A stretch of DNA of 64,000 nt from an uncultured Elusimicrobia bacterium (lineage in GTDB: Bacteria > Elusimicrobiota > Elusimicrobia > 2-01-FULL-59-12), in assembly GCA_963702895.1 (NCBI GenBank), contig OY969767.1, forward strand, positions 1,088,001-1,152,000. Reading direction: 5' to 3'. Shown in pieces: positions 1-9,911 of this stretch; within the stretch, counting starts at the first letter, position 1; the number at the start of each line of letters is the position of its first letter. A program made the translations under genes and the position numbers. The notes beneath the pieces were generated by a model. The model was not told the origin of the DNA. It worked only from the letters and a program-made list of their open reading frames with translations, and did no database searches.

Positions 1-533
1 TTGTCCAAGTTGCCCGTGGGCTCATCCGCCAGAACGAGCGCAGGTTCATTCACCAGGGCCCTGGCCAGGGCGGCGCGTTGCTGTTCGCCCCCGGAGAGCT
101 GCATGGGGCGCTTGTAGAAATGATCGCGCAGTCCCATTGTATCCAATAGCATGGCCGCCTGCGCGGCCGCCTCCCGCTCCGAGATGCCTTGAATCCACTG
201 AGGAAGCATGGCATTTTCGAGGACCGTTAACTCCGGCAAAAGATGATGAAACTGAAAGAGAAAACCAATGTATTCGTTTCTCAAGCGCGCACGCTCTTTG
301 GGCGGCAGGGACTGGACTTCAACGTCCTGGATTTTGAGGGATCCGGAGGTGGGCGTGTCCATGAGACCCAGCACGTGCAGGAGGGTCGATTTTCCGGCGC
401 CGGAAGGTCCGACGACCGCGACAATCTCGCCTTCCTTGAGCGTGACGGAAAGAGGGTGCAAAATCTCGACGGGCCGCCCGGCTTGGTCGAAACTCTTGGT
501 GATACCTTCGGCGAGGAGAATAGTCTCAGCCAT
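1..533 (-). CDS. lolD: Lipoprotein-releasing ABC transporter ATP-binding protein (3' end runs off window)
   Basis: Manual translation from ATG at 533: [15 protein letters not shown]...[26 protein letters not shown] and [10 protein letters not shown] near window start; follows lolC/E. Confidence 0.88.
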   Translation of the reverse strand, partial: MAETILLAEGITKSFDQAGRPVEILHPLSVTLKEGEIVAVVGPSGAGKSTLLHVLGLMDTPTSGSLKIQDVEVQSLPPKERARLRNEYIGFLFQFHHLLPELTVLENAMLPQWIQGISEREAAAQAAMLLDTMGLRDHFYKRPMQLSGGEQQRAALARALVNEPALVLADEPTGNLD

Positions 534-1743
534 AGCGGATCGCCTGCACAGGGTCCATCTGGTGCGCTTTGTAGGCCGGATACAGAACAGAGACCAGCAC
601 GAGCAAGAAAGCGCAAAGCGCGACGCTTTCGATCATCGGGCCTGAAATGCGTATGGGCAGTCGGTCGATGTAATAGACGTCGGGCGGCAGGCGGATAATC
701 GGGTAGCGCTTCAGCAGGTGACTGATCGCAACCCCCAGCGCGAGCCCCACACTCACCCCGCTGCCTCCGATCAGCAGGCCATTATAAAGGAAGATCCGCG
801 CGATCTGTCTGGGCGATGCGCCAAGAGCCTGTAAGATGCCGATTTCTCTTCCTTTCTCGATGGTCAAAAGCAGGAGGTTCGAAATAATCGTGAAGCTCGA
901 TACAAGAATAATCAGGGTCAGAATGATGAACATCACCGTCCGTTCGAGTTTCATGGCCGAAAAGAGCGGTCGGTTCAAGTCCTGCCATGACCGGACCCAA
1001 AACGCGGAGCCCAGGCGCTCGCTGAGCGATTTCGACGCAGCTTGTGTCCGGTCGACATCCGTGAGCCGAAGGCCATAGCCGGAAATTCGCTTGCCAAAGC
1101 CGACCAGATCCTGCGCCGCGGGGAGCGATACGTAGGCGAGGTTGGCGTCGTACTCGTACATCCCCGAATGGAAAATAGTGGTCACGACGAAGCGGCGAAC
1201 GCGCGGGGCCTGCGAGAGGACATCGCCATCGCCCTGAGGCGCCATGAGGGTGATCGTTTGCCCGACGTCGACACCCAGGGATTCTGCCAGCTGCTGGCCC
1301 AGCGCGATCGATTGATGGTTGTTCAGGCTTTCCCAGGAGCCACCCTGAAGCGCGGCGCCGACGCGCGTCACTTTGGCTTCCAGTCCCGGGTCAACCCCAC
1401 GAAGCATGATGCCCGTGACGCGCCGGTCGGTTTGAAGAAGGGCCTGGGCGCTGATGTAGGGCGCGTGAGCCTCCACGCCCGGCATCGAACGCAGGGCCGC
1501 CGAGAGCGCTGGCTCCTCGGGAAGAGGTTTTCCAAAGGGGTTCGTGATGAGCAGATGGGGCTGGGTGCCCAGGATCTTTTCCTGGATATCAGACCGGAAC
1601 CCATCCATGACCGCCAGCGTCACGACCAGTGATGCCACGCCAAGGGCTGTTCCCCCGACGGCAATAGCGGACGTGACCAGACGAAACACGCCATAGCGCT
1701 GCCCGATCAAAAATCGCTTGGCCAAGAAGAATTCAAAATGCAT
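526..1743 (-). CDS. lolE: Lipoprotein-releasing ABC transporter permease LolC/E
   Basis: AVMDGF, SGMYEYD, W..LN..LF.A...E, IGILQALGA, YPAYKA...DPVQAIRYG motifs. Confidence 0.88.
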   Translation of the reverse strand: MHFEFFLAKRFLIGQRYGVFRLVTSAIAVGGTALGVASLVVTLAVMDGFRSDIQEKILGTQPHLLITNPFGKPLPEEPALSAALRSMPGVEAHAPYISAQALLQTDRRVTGIMLRGVDPGLEAKVTRVGAALQGGSWESLNNHQSIALGQQLAESLGVDVGQTITLMAPQGDGDVLSQAPRVRRFVVTTIFHSGMYEYDANLAYVSLPAAQDLVGFGKRISGYGLRLTDVDRTQAASKSLSERLGSAFWVRSWQDLNRPLFSAMKLERTVMFIILTLIILVSSFTIISNLLLLTIEKGREIGILQALGASPRQIARIFLYNGLLIGGSGVSVGLALGVAISHLLKRYPIIRLPPDVYYIDRLPIRISGPMIESVALCAFLLVLVSVLYPAYKAHQMDPVQAIRYG

Positions 1744-1752
1744 AAAGGAAAA

Positions 1753-3246
1753 TCAGCTGTCCTGTTTCAAGAGAGGGAAGAGGATGACTTCCCGGATCGA
1801 GGATTGTCCAAGGATCAACATGGCCAGACGGTCAATCCCGATGCCGAGGCCTCCCGCAGGAGGCATGCCATGCTCCAGGGCCGTGAGAAAAGCGTCATCT
1901 GCAGTTTCAACCTCCTCGTCCCCCTTCTTCTTTAACGCGGCCTGCTTGGCCATACGCTCTCTTTGGTCGACAGGGTCGTTGAGCTCCGAATAGGCGTTGG
2001 CGATTTCATCATGGGCGATGAAAAGCTCGAAGCGCTCAACGAGACCCGCTTTCGTCCGGTGCCTTTTGGCCAGCGGCGAAATCTCCAGAGGATAATCCAG
2101 CACAAAGGTGGGTTGCCAGAGGTGCGGCTTCACCTTCAGGTCGAAAATCCGGTCAAACACCTTATGGTCCGGCGTCCGCTCATCGAAGGCGATGTGAAAG
2201 GACGCGGCCACATCGTGCAGCTTGCCCGTCTGCCACGCCGCGATGACATCCACACCTGCGTATTTCTCGAAAAGCTCGGTCATCGTGGCTTTCGCAAAGG
2301 GGCGCTTCAGGGAGAGGGTTTTGTTGTGCAGGGCCAGCTCATCGGTGCCGTTGCAGGCGATCGCCGCCTCGGAGATGATCTTCTCGGTCAGGTTCATCAT
2401 GTCATGGTAGTCGGCATAGGCCTGATAGGCTTCCAAGAGCGTGAATTCCGGATTGTGCATCGTGTCGACGCCTTCGTTGCGGAAAACACGCCCGATTTCA
2501 AAGACGCGGTCAAGTCCCCCCACGAGCAATCGCTTCAAGTGCAACTCGAGTGCGATCCGCAGAAAAAGTTTAGATCCGAGCGCGTGGTGAAAGGTCTCAA
2601 ACGGTCTGGCGGCCGCGCCGCCGGCCTGCGCCTGCAGAAGGGGTGTCTCGACTTCAAGAAATCCTTCCTTCACAAGGGTTTGGCGAAGGGTCTGGATCAG
2701 AAGGCTGCGACGGCGGAACAAAGACTGGATCTCAGGATTGGAGACCAAGTCGAGTTCCCGCTGGCGATAGCGGGTCTCGACGTCCTTCAAGCCATGCCAC
2801 TTTTCCGGAAGGGGCCGGAGGGACTTGGCGAGCATCGTCAGGCTCGTGACGCGGATGCTCAGCTCCTGGGTTTTGGTGCGGAACATATGGCCTTCGACGC
2901 CAATGAAGTCGCCAAGATCCATGTCCTTTTGAAAGAGTTGGTACGGCGCCTCTCCGACCAGGTCTTTCTTCACGTAGAGTTGGAGACGGTGCTGGCCGTC
3001 GGCGATGTGCGCAAACGAAGACTTGCCCATATCGCGGACTGTCATGACACGGCCGGCCGTGCGAATGAGCTCATCCGAGCCATGCTCGGGCAGTGGGCCA
3101 CGAAAAGCTTCGAGCAGCTGGGCTAGGGTGTGTGTTCTGTCGAAGTGGTAAGGATAGGGCGGAACACCCTTTTGGAGAAGGCTTTGCAGCTTCTTCCGTC
3201 TCTGGACCAGAATGGATTCAAGGGGTGTGGCGCTCGGGTCGGACAC
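1753..3246 (-). CDS. lysS: Lysine--tRNA ligase (class II)
   Basis: LPEKWHGL, GGAAARPF, FRNEG..HNPEFT, GMPPAGGLGIGIDRL. Confidence 0.98.
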   Translation of the reverse strand: MSDPSATPLESILVQRRKKLQSLLQKGVPPYPYHFDRTHTLAQLLEAFRGPLPEHGSDELIRTAGRVMTVRDMGKSSFAHIADGQHRLQLYVKKDLVGEAPYQLFQKDMDLGDFIGVEGHMFRTKTQELSIRVTSLTMLAKSLRPLPEKWHGLKDVETRYRQRELDLVSNPEIQSLFRRRSLLIQTLRQTLVKEGFLEVETPLLQAQAGGAAARPFETFHHALGSKLFLRIALELHLKRLLVGGLDRVFEIGRVFRNEGVDTMHNPEFTLLEAYQAYADYHDMMNLTEKIISEAAIACNGTDELALHNKTLSLKRPFAKATMTELFEKYAGVDVIAAWQTGKLHDVAASFHIAFDERTPDHKVFDRIFDLKVKPHLWQPTFVLDYPLEISPLAKRHRTKAGLVERFELFIAHDEIANAYSELNDPVDQRERMAKQAALKKKGDEEVETADDAFLTALEHGMPPAGGLGIGIDRLAMLILGQSSIREVILFPLLKQDS

Positions 3247-3620
3247 TACTTATTCGAGGCTCGGCTGAGGACTTCATGGATTTTCTCACGGAGATGCTTG
3301 GGGTCAAAAGGTTTCTCCATGTAAAAGGCGACATTGGAGGCCATTTCAAAGACGTCGCGCATCTGGCCTTTCGCGGTGAGGATGATGACAGGGATTCTGC
3401 GCGTCGCCTCATTCTCCGTCAGGCGGGCGTTGACGGTATAACCGTCCATTTCCGGCATCATGATGTCCAGGACAATGAGGTCCGGGAGCTCCGCGAACGC
3501 TTTTTCGAGAGCCTCTCTGCCGTTAAAGGCCTCGACGACTCTGTGGTTGTCGCGCTCAAGTAAAAACTTGATGAGCTCCACCACATCCCGTTCATCATCG
3601 ACTACCAATACTTTGGCCAC
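3246..3620 (-). CDS. Single-domain response regulator (CheY-like receiver)
   Basis: VLVVDD, LDIMMP, ILTA, KPF motifs; GTG start with AGGA upstream. Confidence 0.92.
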   Translation of the reverse strand: MAKVLVVDDERDVVELIKFLLERDNHRVVEAFNGREALEKAFAELPDLIVLDIMMPEMDGYTVNARLTENEATRRIPVIILTAKGQMRDVFEMASNVAFYMEKPFDPKHLREKIHEVLSRASNK

Positions 3621-3731
3621 CTTCGCCGTCCTTTCTCGCTATGGGTGCGACGGCCATCGGCTTAACAGTTCGCCATTCGGGCGGACTGTGCCGATGGTGT
3701 GGCGTAATCTTATCAGTCGACTCTTACCGTG

Positions 3732-4842
3732 TCAAATTCCTGATTTTTTCTTGGCCTGGAATTCGAGATAAGCGTCGATAAAGGAGTCGATGTCCCCATC
3801 CATGACACGGTCCACTTGACCCACCTCAAAGCCGGTGCGATGGTCTTTGACCATCTGATAGGGCATGAACACATAGGAGCGGATTTGATTGCCCCAGGCG
3901 ATGCCCCCTTTTTCATCGTAGCGTTTCTCCAGACTCTGGCGCTTTTTGTCGGCTTCAAGCTCGTAGAGGCGGATTTTTAAGACCTGATAGGCTTTCTCCC
4001 TGTTTTTGATCTGGGAGCGCTGGTTTTGACAGGCGACGACGAGGCCGGTGGGGAGGTGCGTGATTCGGACGGCGCTGTCGGTTTTGTTGATGTGTTGCCC
4101 TCCAGCGCCGGAGGAACGGTAGGTGTCAATACGCAAATCTTTGTCCTCAATCTTAATTTCAATCTCATCCTTCACGTCGGGCAGCACATCGCAGGAGGCG
4201 AAACTTGTGTGCCGGCGCTTGTTGGCGTCAAAGGGCGAGATGCGCACGAGGCGGTGGACGCCCGCTTCGCCTTTCAAGAGTCCGTAAGCGTAGAGACCTC
4301 GGACAAAGAAGGTGATCGATTTGATGCCGGCCTGGTCCCCCATGAGGATGTCCGTGATTTCGACGGAGAAGCCCTTGCGCTCGGCGTAGCGTTCATAGAG
4401 GCGCGTGAGCATCTCCGCCCAATCGCAAGCTTCTGTACCGCCGGCGCCCGCGTGCAGCGTGACGAGCGCGTCATGGTCGTCCGTGGGTTCGGAAAACTTC
4501 GCTTCACGTTCCATGTCCTGGAGAGAGGCGGCGGTCTGCTCGGCGTTTTTCTGGAGATCGGTCAGGATCGTCTGGTCGGATTCTTCTGAAAGAGAAGTGA
4601 GTTCAGTGAGGTCTTTGAGCGAGGCCTCGAGCATCGCGAACTTGGCCATGTCTTCTTTGAGGCGCGTCTGTTCTTTGAGAACCCCCTGCGCGTTTTGCTG
4701 GTTGGCCCAAAAGTCGGAGGCCTGGCTCTGAGTCTCTAGTTCGTGAAGACGGACGGCTTTGCGATCAAAGTCAAAGATACCCCCTGACTTTGGACAACCG
4801 TTCCTGAAGTGAGGCCAATTGACTGAGGAGTTCCGCTTTCAT
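3732..4842 (-). CDS. prfB: Peptide chain release factor 2, programmed +1 frameshift
   Basis: ATG 4842 MKAELLSQLASLQERLSKVRGYL, then AGGGGG-TAT-CTT-TGA-C; the +1 frame continues DFDRKAVRL...MAKF; SPF and GGQ motifs. Confidence 0.97.
4770..4785 (-). promoter_or_regulatory. prfB frameshift site (internal SD + CTT TGA C)
   Basis: Minus strand reads AGGGGGTATCTTTGAC. Confidence 0.95.
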
Positions 4843-6389
4843 GACCGACGGAGTATAACAAGTAGCAAAATCGCAATGCAAAAGACGGAGCAGATCATGG
4901 CAAAGAGGTCGCCGTGGCGGGTGTAGAACGTCAGGTTCTGGAGAGGCTCGACGCTGCCCGTGACGATGGCAGGCTCAAAGATCCGGGAAGACGCCACCAT
5001 GCGGCCCCAAGGGTCGATGATGCCGGAGATGCCGGTATTGTTGGCGCGAAGAAGGTAGCGCCTGTTTTCAATGGCCCGGTAGATATTGGGCGCCCAATGT
5101 TGGTAGGGGGCGGACGTTTTCATATACCAACCGTCGTTCGTCTGGTTCGTGAGGACTTGAGCTCCGTCGCGGACGGCCCGCCTGACCAGATCCGGAAAGA
5201 TGGCCTCGTAGCAGATGGTGATGCCCATGGGTATCCCTGCCACGCGCATCACCGAATCCCTTGAACCGGAGGTGAACCCCCCCAGTTCATTCAAAGCCCG
5301 AACGAAGCGGCCCAGGATGTTGGCCAAAGGAACGATTTCGCCAAATGGAACAAGATGAATTTTATCGTACTGAGCTTCGAGGAGACCTTCACGATTCATT
5401 GAAAATGATGAATTATAAAATTTTTTAGAAACCTTAGTCGGAGCGCCAATGAGGTGATGGGTGCGCGACGATCGGACTGTTTGGACAAGCCATTCACGGA
5501 TGTCTGAGTCCTGTAACAGGTAAGCAGGGATGGACGTCTCAGGCCATACGATCAGCTCAACGGGTCGTCGGGCGGCTTCTTTCACCATGGACTGGTAGTG
5601 GTCCAGAATGTCCGAGACATAGGACTCATTCCATTTCTTGTACTGATCGATATTGCCCTGAAGGAGGGCGACTTGAAGGGGCTTGCCGGCAGGACCCGCC
5701 GCCGTCTTATGCGTCAGCTCCGCTGTTCCCCACAAATAGCTGATGACGAGCAGCATCGGAGGCAGGAACAAATAAGACCTCTTTCGCGTACGGGGAGCCA
5801 GATACCGAAAATGAAGCTGGCATGCGCCCCAGAGGTTGAACAGGACGATCAGAAAAGAAACACCATAGGCTCCTGTGACGGAGGCGATTTGGATAAGGGA
5901 CAATTCCGTGACCTGGCTGTCGGCCAGGAGCGCCCATGGAAAGCCGGAAAAAAGCCATGTCCGAAGATATTCAAGCGCGACCCAGGCGGAGGCGCCCAAG
6001 ACGCAGAGCCATGCCGGATTGAGCTTCCGGAAAGTCCTCATGAGTTCTGCCCAGGCTCCCCAAAAGAGACCCAGGTAAGAGGCCAAGAGGACCAGGCATA
6101 GGCCGGCCAGGGCCAGGGGTTGGTGCGCGGCCCGGTAAGTCGGTATCAGCCAGTATAGAAGCCCGAGGGAGCCGAGCGTGCCACAGGCCCATCCCCAGCG
6201 GAACGCCTGCCAGCGACGCAGGCCCTGCTCCTGCAGGATCACCAGCACAAGCGGTACCAAAGCAATCCAAGCAAGGTAATAGAGACTGAATTTAGGGAAG
6301 GACAGGACGTACAGGCACGAAGACAGCACGATCATGACCGAACCAGCGAACCGGCGCGTCGGCGAGACGGCGAGTGGTTGGGAAGTCAT
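4839..6389 (-). CDS. lnt: Apolipoprotein N-acyltransferase
   Basis: FPW, QGNI, WPET, KIHLVPFGE, ICYE, NDGW, RANNTGIS; start uncertain (ATG 6389 chosen); stop overlaps prfB ATG (ATGA). Confidence 0.93.
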   Translation of the reverse strand: MTSQPLAVSPTRRFAGSVMIVLSSCLYVLSFPKFSLYYLAWIALVPLVLVILQEQGLRRWQAFRWGWACGTLGSLGLLYWLIPTYRAAHQPLALAGLCLVLLASYLGLFWGAWAELMRTFRKLNPAWLCVLGASAWVALEYLRTWLFSGFPWALLADSQVTELSLIQIASVTGAYGVSFLIVLFNLWGACQLHFRYLAPRTRKRSYLFLPPMLLVISYLWGTAELTHKTAAGPAGKPLQVALLQGNIDQYKKWNESYVSDILDHYQSMVKEAARRPVELIVWPETSIPAYLLQDSDIREWLVQTVRSSRTHHLIGAPTKVSKKFYNSSFSMNREGLLEAQYDKIHLVPFGEIVPLANILGRFVRALNELGGFTSGSRDSVMRVAGIPMGITICYEAIFPDLVRRAVRDGAQVLTNQTNDGWYMKTSAPYQHWAPNIYRAIENRRYLLRANNTGISGIIDPWGRMVASSRIFEPAIVTGSVEPLQNLTFYTRHGDLFAMICSVFCIAILLLVILRRS

Positions 6390-6655
6390 CGATGGGTCAT
6401 TTCCTGTTTCTTTGCCGGATACCGCACCACTTCCGGGTGCGGAGGAGGCGCCGTCATACGACCGCGCCCTCACCCTCGGCTCCCCGCCAGACAGCTGGCG
6501 GGCCCGCCTGTCGTGTGGCGGGTCGCTGGCCTGCGCTCGGCCTCTCCCTCTCCCGCGTGCACGCGGGAGAGGGTGGGGGTGAGGGCAGAGATGCCGCAGG
6601 CCTTGTGCATGCGGAGTTTCATTTGCCGGGTCACCGCTTCGCCGATTCCCCGGTT
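6345..6655. repeat. Nested palindromic repeat cluster between secA and lnt
   Basis: Outer 8-mer inverted arms (GAACCGGC-type at 6345-6375, GCCGG.TC-type at 6620-6655) enclose CCCGCCA..TGGCGGG hairpins and a CCCTCTCCCG..CGGGAGAGGG..GGGTGAGGGC REP-like unit. Confidence 0.75.
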
Positions 6656-6663
6656 CGGTAAGT

Positions 6664-9450
6664 TTACTGGCCGTGACACTTCTTATACTTTTTGCCCGAT
6701 CCGCAGAAGCAGGGCTCATTGCGGCCGATTTTGGCAGGCGCCATCACGGTTTGGGAAGGCCGTTTGGTCTCCGCGGCCGGGCTTCCGGGGTTCGGCGCGC
6801 GACGTCCAACGTCCAGAAAGGAGGGCGCTTCGCCAACCGCGCCAGGCGGGTCCTCGGACGTCGCACGTCGGACGGTCTCTCGTTCGAACTCGGGTTTCTC
6901 CGCGACGGCGCGGGTAAAGACGGATTTGGGCTGGAACGGGAGCGCTTGCTCTTCACCTCCAGCCACAGGTGCCGCTTGAACTTTGAAGAGGTATTCGATG
7001 GTCTCTTCACGAATGCGGTTCATCATCTGCGAGAAAAGGCTGAAGGCCTCGTGCTGAAACTCAATGAGAGGATCTTTCTGGGCATAGGCGCGCAGGGAGA
7101 TCCCTTTCTTCAGCTGGTCCAGATCATAGAGGTGCTCTTTCCAAGCGACATCCATCGTTTGAAGCAGGATCATGCGCTTCAACTGCGAGAAGATCTCGGC
7201 TCCGATCGTTTGCTCACGCACCAGGACCGCCGAAGCCAGGATCTCCCGGACCTTCTCTTCGATCTCCGGGCGGGAAAGCTTGGCCAGCGCGTCGGCCCGC
7301 GGGACATTCCCTTCCGTGAACATATGCACGAGCCATCCATGCAGGGCGATCGTGTCCCAGTTTTCCGGGATGGCCTTGGGCGGGACCCAGCGCGAGAGCT
7401 TCTCTTCGACGCTTTCGCCCATCATGGTGTCGATCGTTCGGGAGACATCCGCGCCATCCAAGATCTGGTTCCTGAGCGTGTAGACCATCTCGCGCTGCTT
7501 GTTCATCACATTGTCATACTCGAGCAGCTGTTTGCGGATGTCAAAGTTCATCGCTTCGACTTTGCGCTGGGCGTTTTCAATGGAGCGGGTGAGCAAGGGG
7601 TGTTGAATGTCTTCTCCTTCCTGCATGCCGAGCTTCCCCATGATGCCGGAGAGGCGGTCGGTGCCGAAGAGCCGCATCAGTTCATCATCGAGCGCGAGGT
7701 AAAACCGGGACGAACCTGGGTCTCCTTGACGGCCCGTCCGGCCGCGGAGCTGATTATCAATGCGCCTTGATTCGTGGCGCTCGGTCCCGAGAATATGGAG
7801 TCCCCCCAGCTGCTTGACCACCGCGGCCAGCTCAGGGTTGGGAGGGTTGCCTCCCAGAACGATGTCGGTCCCTCTCCCGGCCATGTTGGTCGCAATCGTC
7901 ACCGTCCCCTTGGCGCCCGCCTGGGCGATGATCTGGGCTTCCATCTCGTGGTATTTGGCGTTCAAGACCTGGTGCGGAACGCCTTTCTGACGCAGCATGG
8001 CCGCGATCTTCTCGGATTTTTCAATGGAGCGCGTACCGACCAGGACGGGCCGCCCCTGTTTCCAAAGCTCAAAGATCTCCTGAATGATCGCGCCGTACTT
8101 TTCGCGCTCGGTGCGGTAGATGACGTCGGCCGCGTCCGCGCGGATGTTGACGCGGTTGGTGGGGATCTCCACGACATCCAGGCGATAAATCTCCCAGAAC
8201 TCCTGGGCTTCGGTCATGGCGGTTCCGGTCATGCCGGCTAATTTTTGATAGAGCCGGAAGAAATTCTGGAAGGTGATCGTCGCGAGTGTCTGATTTTCCT
8301 CGGCAATCCTGATGTTTTCTTTGGCTTCAACCGCTTGGTGAAGGCCCTCGGACCACCGCCTTCCGGGCATCAGGCGTCCCGTAAATTCGTCCACAATAAT
8401 GACTTCACCGTCTTTGACGACGTAATCCACGTCGCGCTGATAGAGGTGGTGCGCGCGCAGGGCCTGGGTGATGTGATGGACCCACTCGCCCTGGATGTCA
8501 TCGTAGAGGCTCTTGATGCCCAAAAGCTTTTCGCACTTGGCGATCCCTTGATCGGTCAGGGTGACGTTGTGGGCCTTTTCATCGAGCGTAAAATCGTAGC
8601 CTTTGCCCAGGTCCTCGCCGGTGTATTTGGATTCGATCTCTTCTTTTTCGGTGACGGTGCGTCCTTGCATCTGGGGCACGAGGCGATTGACGGTGGCGTA
8701 GCGCTCGGTCGACTCTTCCGCGGGGCCTGAGATGATGAGCGGTGTTCTCGCCTCGTCGACGAGGATGGAGTCGACTTCGTCGACGATGGCGTAGGGCAGC
8801 CGGCGGAAGATGCCTTCCTTTTCGACCGGTTCAGGCAGGTAACGCAGCACGCGATCTTCACGGCGAATGACCATGTTGTCCCGGAGGTAGTCAAAGCCGA
8901 TTTCATTGTTGGTCACATAGGTGATGTCGCAGGCGTAAGCGGCGCGGTGGTCGGCTGACGGCATGTCGTGCTGGACGTATCCGACGGTGAGTCCGAGAAA
9001 TTCATAGATGGGGCCCATCCATTGGCGGTCGCGGCGTGCCAGGTAATCGTTGACGGTCACCAGATGCACGCCGCGACCCGTGAGGGCGTTGAGGTACACC
9101 GGCGCGGTCGCGACCAGGGTCTTTCCTTCTCCGGTTTTCATTTCGGCGATTTTCCCCTGGTGAAGGATTAACCCCCCCAGCAGCTGGACGTCAAAGTGGC
9201 GAAGGCCGATCGTTCGCTTGGACGCTTCCCGGACCACGGCAAAGGCTTCCGGCAGGAGTTGATCGAGCGTCTCGCCTTGGGCGAAGCGGTCCTTGAATTC
9301 CTGGGTCTTGGCTTTGAGATCCGCGTCCGAAAGCGCGGAGACCCGCGGCTCCAGGGCGTTGATCTCGTCCACGATCGGGCGCAGCTTCTTCAAGGTGCGC
9401 TCGTTCTGCGAGCCAAAGATCTTTTTGAGAAAATTCAGGTTCATGGCCAT
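6664..9450 (-). CDS. secA: Preprotein translocase subunit SecA
   Basis: MKTGEGKT, DEVDSIL.DEARTPLIIS, ATNMAGRGTDI, C-terminal GRNEPCFCGSGKKYKKCHG. Confidence 0.99.
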   Translation of the reverse strand: MAMNLNFLKKIFGSQNERTLKKLRPIVDEINALEPRVSALSDADLKAKTQEFKDRFAQGETLDQLLPEAFAVVREASKRTIGLRHFDVQLLGGLILHQGKIAEMKTGEGKTLVATAPVYLNALTGRGVHLVTVNDYLARRDRQWMGPIYEFLGLTVGYVQHDMPSADHRAAYACDITYVTNNEIGFDYLRDNMVIRREDRVLRYLPEPVEKEGIFRRLPYAIVDEVDSILVDEARTPLIISGPAEESTERYATVNRLVPQMQGRTVTEKEEIESKYTGEDLGKGYDFTLDEKAHNVTLTDQGIAKCEKLLGIKSLYDDIQGEWVHHITQALRAHHLYQRDVDYVVKDGEVIIVDEFTGRLMPGRRWSEGLHQAVEAKENIRIAEENQTLATITFQNFFRLYQKLAGMTGTAMTEAQEFWEIYRLDVVEIPTNRVNIRADAADVIYRTEREKYGAIIQEIFELWKQGRPVLVGTRSIEKSEKIAAMLRQKGVPHQVLNAKYHEMEAQIIAQAGAKGTVTIATNMAGRGTDIVLGGNPPNPELAAVVKQLGGLHILGTERHESRRIDNQLRGRTGRQGDPGSSRFYLALDDELMRLFGTDRLSGIMGKLGMQEGEDIQHPLLTRSIENAQRKVEAMNFDIRKQLLEYDNVMNKQREMVYTLRNQILDGADVSRTIDTMMGESVEEKLSRWVPPKAIPENWDTIALHGWLVHMFTEGNVPRADALAKLSRPEIEEKVREILASAVLVREQTIGAEIFSQLKRMILLQTMDVAWKEHLYDLDQLKKGISLRAYAQKDPLIEFQHEAFSLFSQMMNRIREETIEYLFKVQAAPVAGGEEQALPFQPKSVFTRAVAEKPEFERETVRRATSEDPPGAVGEAPSFLDVGRRAPNPGSPAAETKRPSQTVMAPAKIGRNEPCFCGSGKKYKKCHGQ

Positions 9451-9473
9451 CGTGGCCGGTATTGTAACAAGGA

Positions 9474-9504
9474 AAAGCCCCGACGCGTTGAGGGTCGAGG
9501 CTTT
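9474..9504 (-). terminator. Probable intrinsic terminator of the csp gene
   Basis: Minus strand AAAGCCTCGAC...GTCGGGGCTTTT hairpin with short U tract, just after the csp stop. Confidence 0.55.
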
Positions 9505-9529
9505 CTGAGACGTGCTGACGGCGCTGGTC

Positions 9530-9733
9530 TTAAGAAACTTTGGTGACGTTGGCCGCCTTGGGGCCCTTGTCAGAGTCTACGATTTCAAACTCCACGGCGT
9601 CCCCTTCGGCCAGGGATTTGAAGCCTTCGGACGTGATCGCTGAAAAATGCACGAACACGTCGCCGGAGCCGTCCTCTTTCGCGATAAAACCGAACCCCTT
9701 CTGATCATTGAACCACTTCACTTTTCCTCGCAT
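9530..9733 (-). CDS. cspA: Cold-shock protein
   Basis: [22 protein letters not shown]. Confidence 0.95.
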   Translation of the reverse strand: MRGKVKWFNDQKGFGFIAKEDGSGDVFVHFSAITSEGFKSLAEGDAVEFEIVDSDKGPKAANVTKVS

Positions 9734-9911
9734 GCGGGTCTCCTTATCGCTGGACTTTCCCCGCGAGCAGCGGGATTGGCCAAAGGCTAACTAAATGGTT
9801 TTCCCTTGTCAACTGCAACAAGGAACGTTCCCCTGTCGTAGAGAGGAGGTAGCTTCCTCGAAGATGAGGCAGGTTGTCCGGGAAGATCAGGCTGGAGGAT
9901 GGGCGCGCTCA

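Noticed and set aside
3732..4842. prfB as a pseudogene
   Set aside because: The in-frame stop is the canonical programmed frameshift site.
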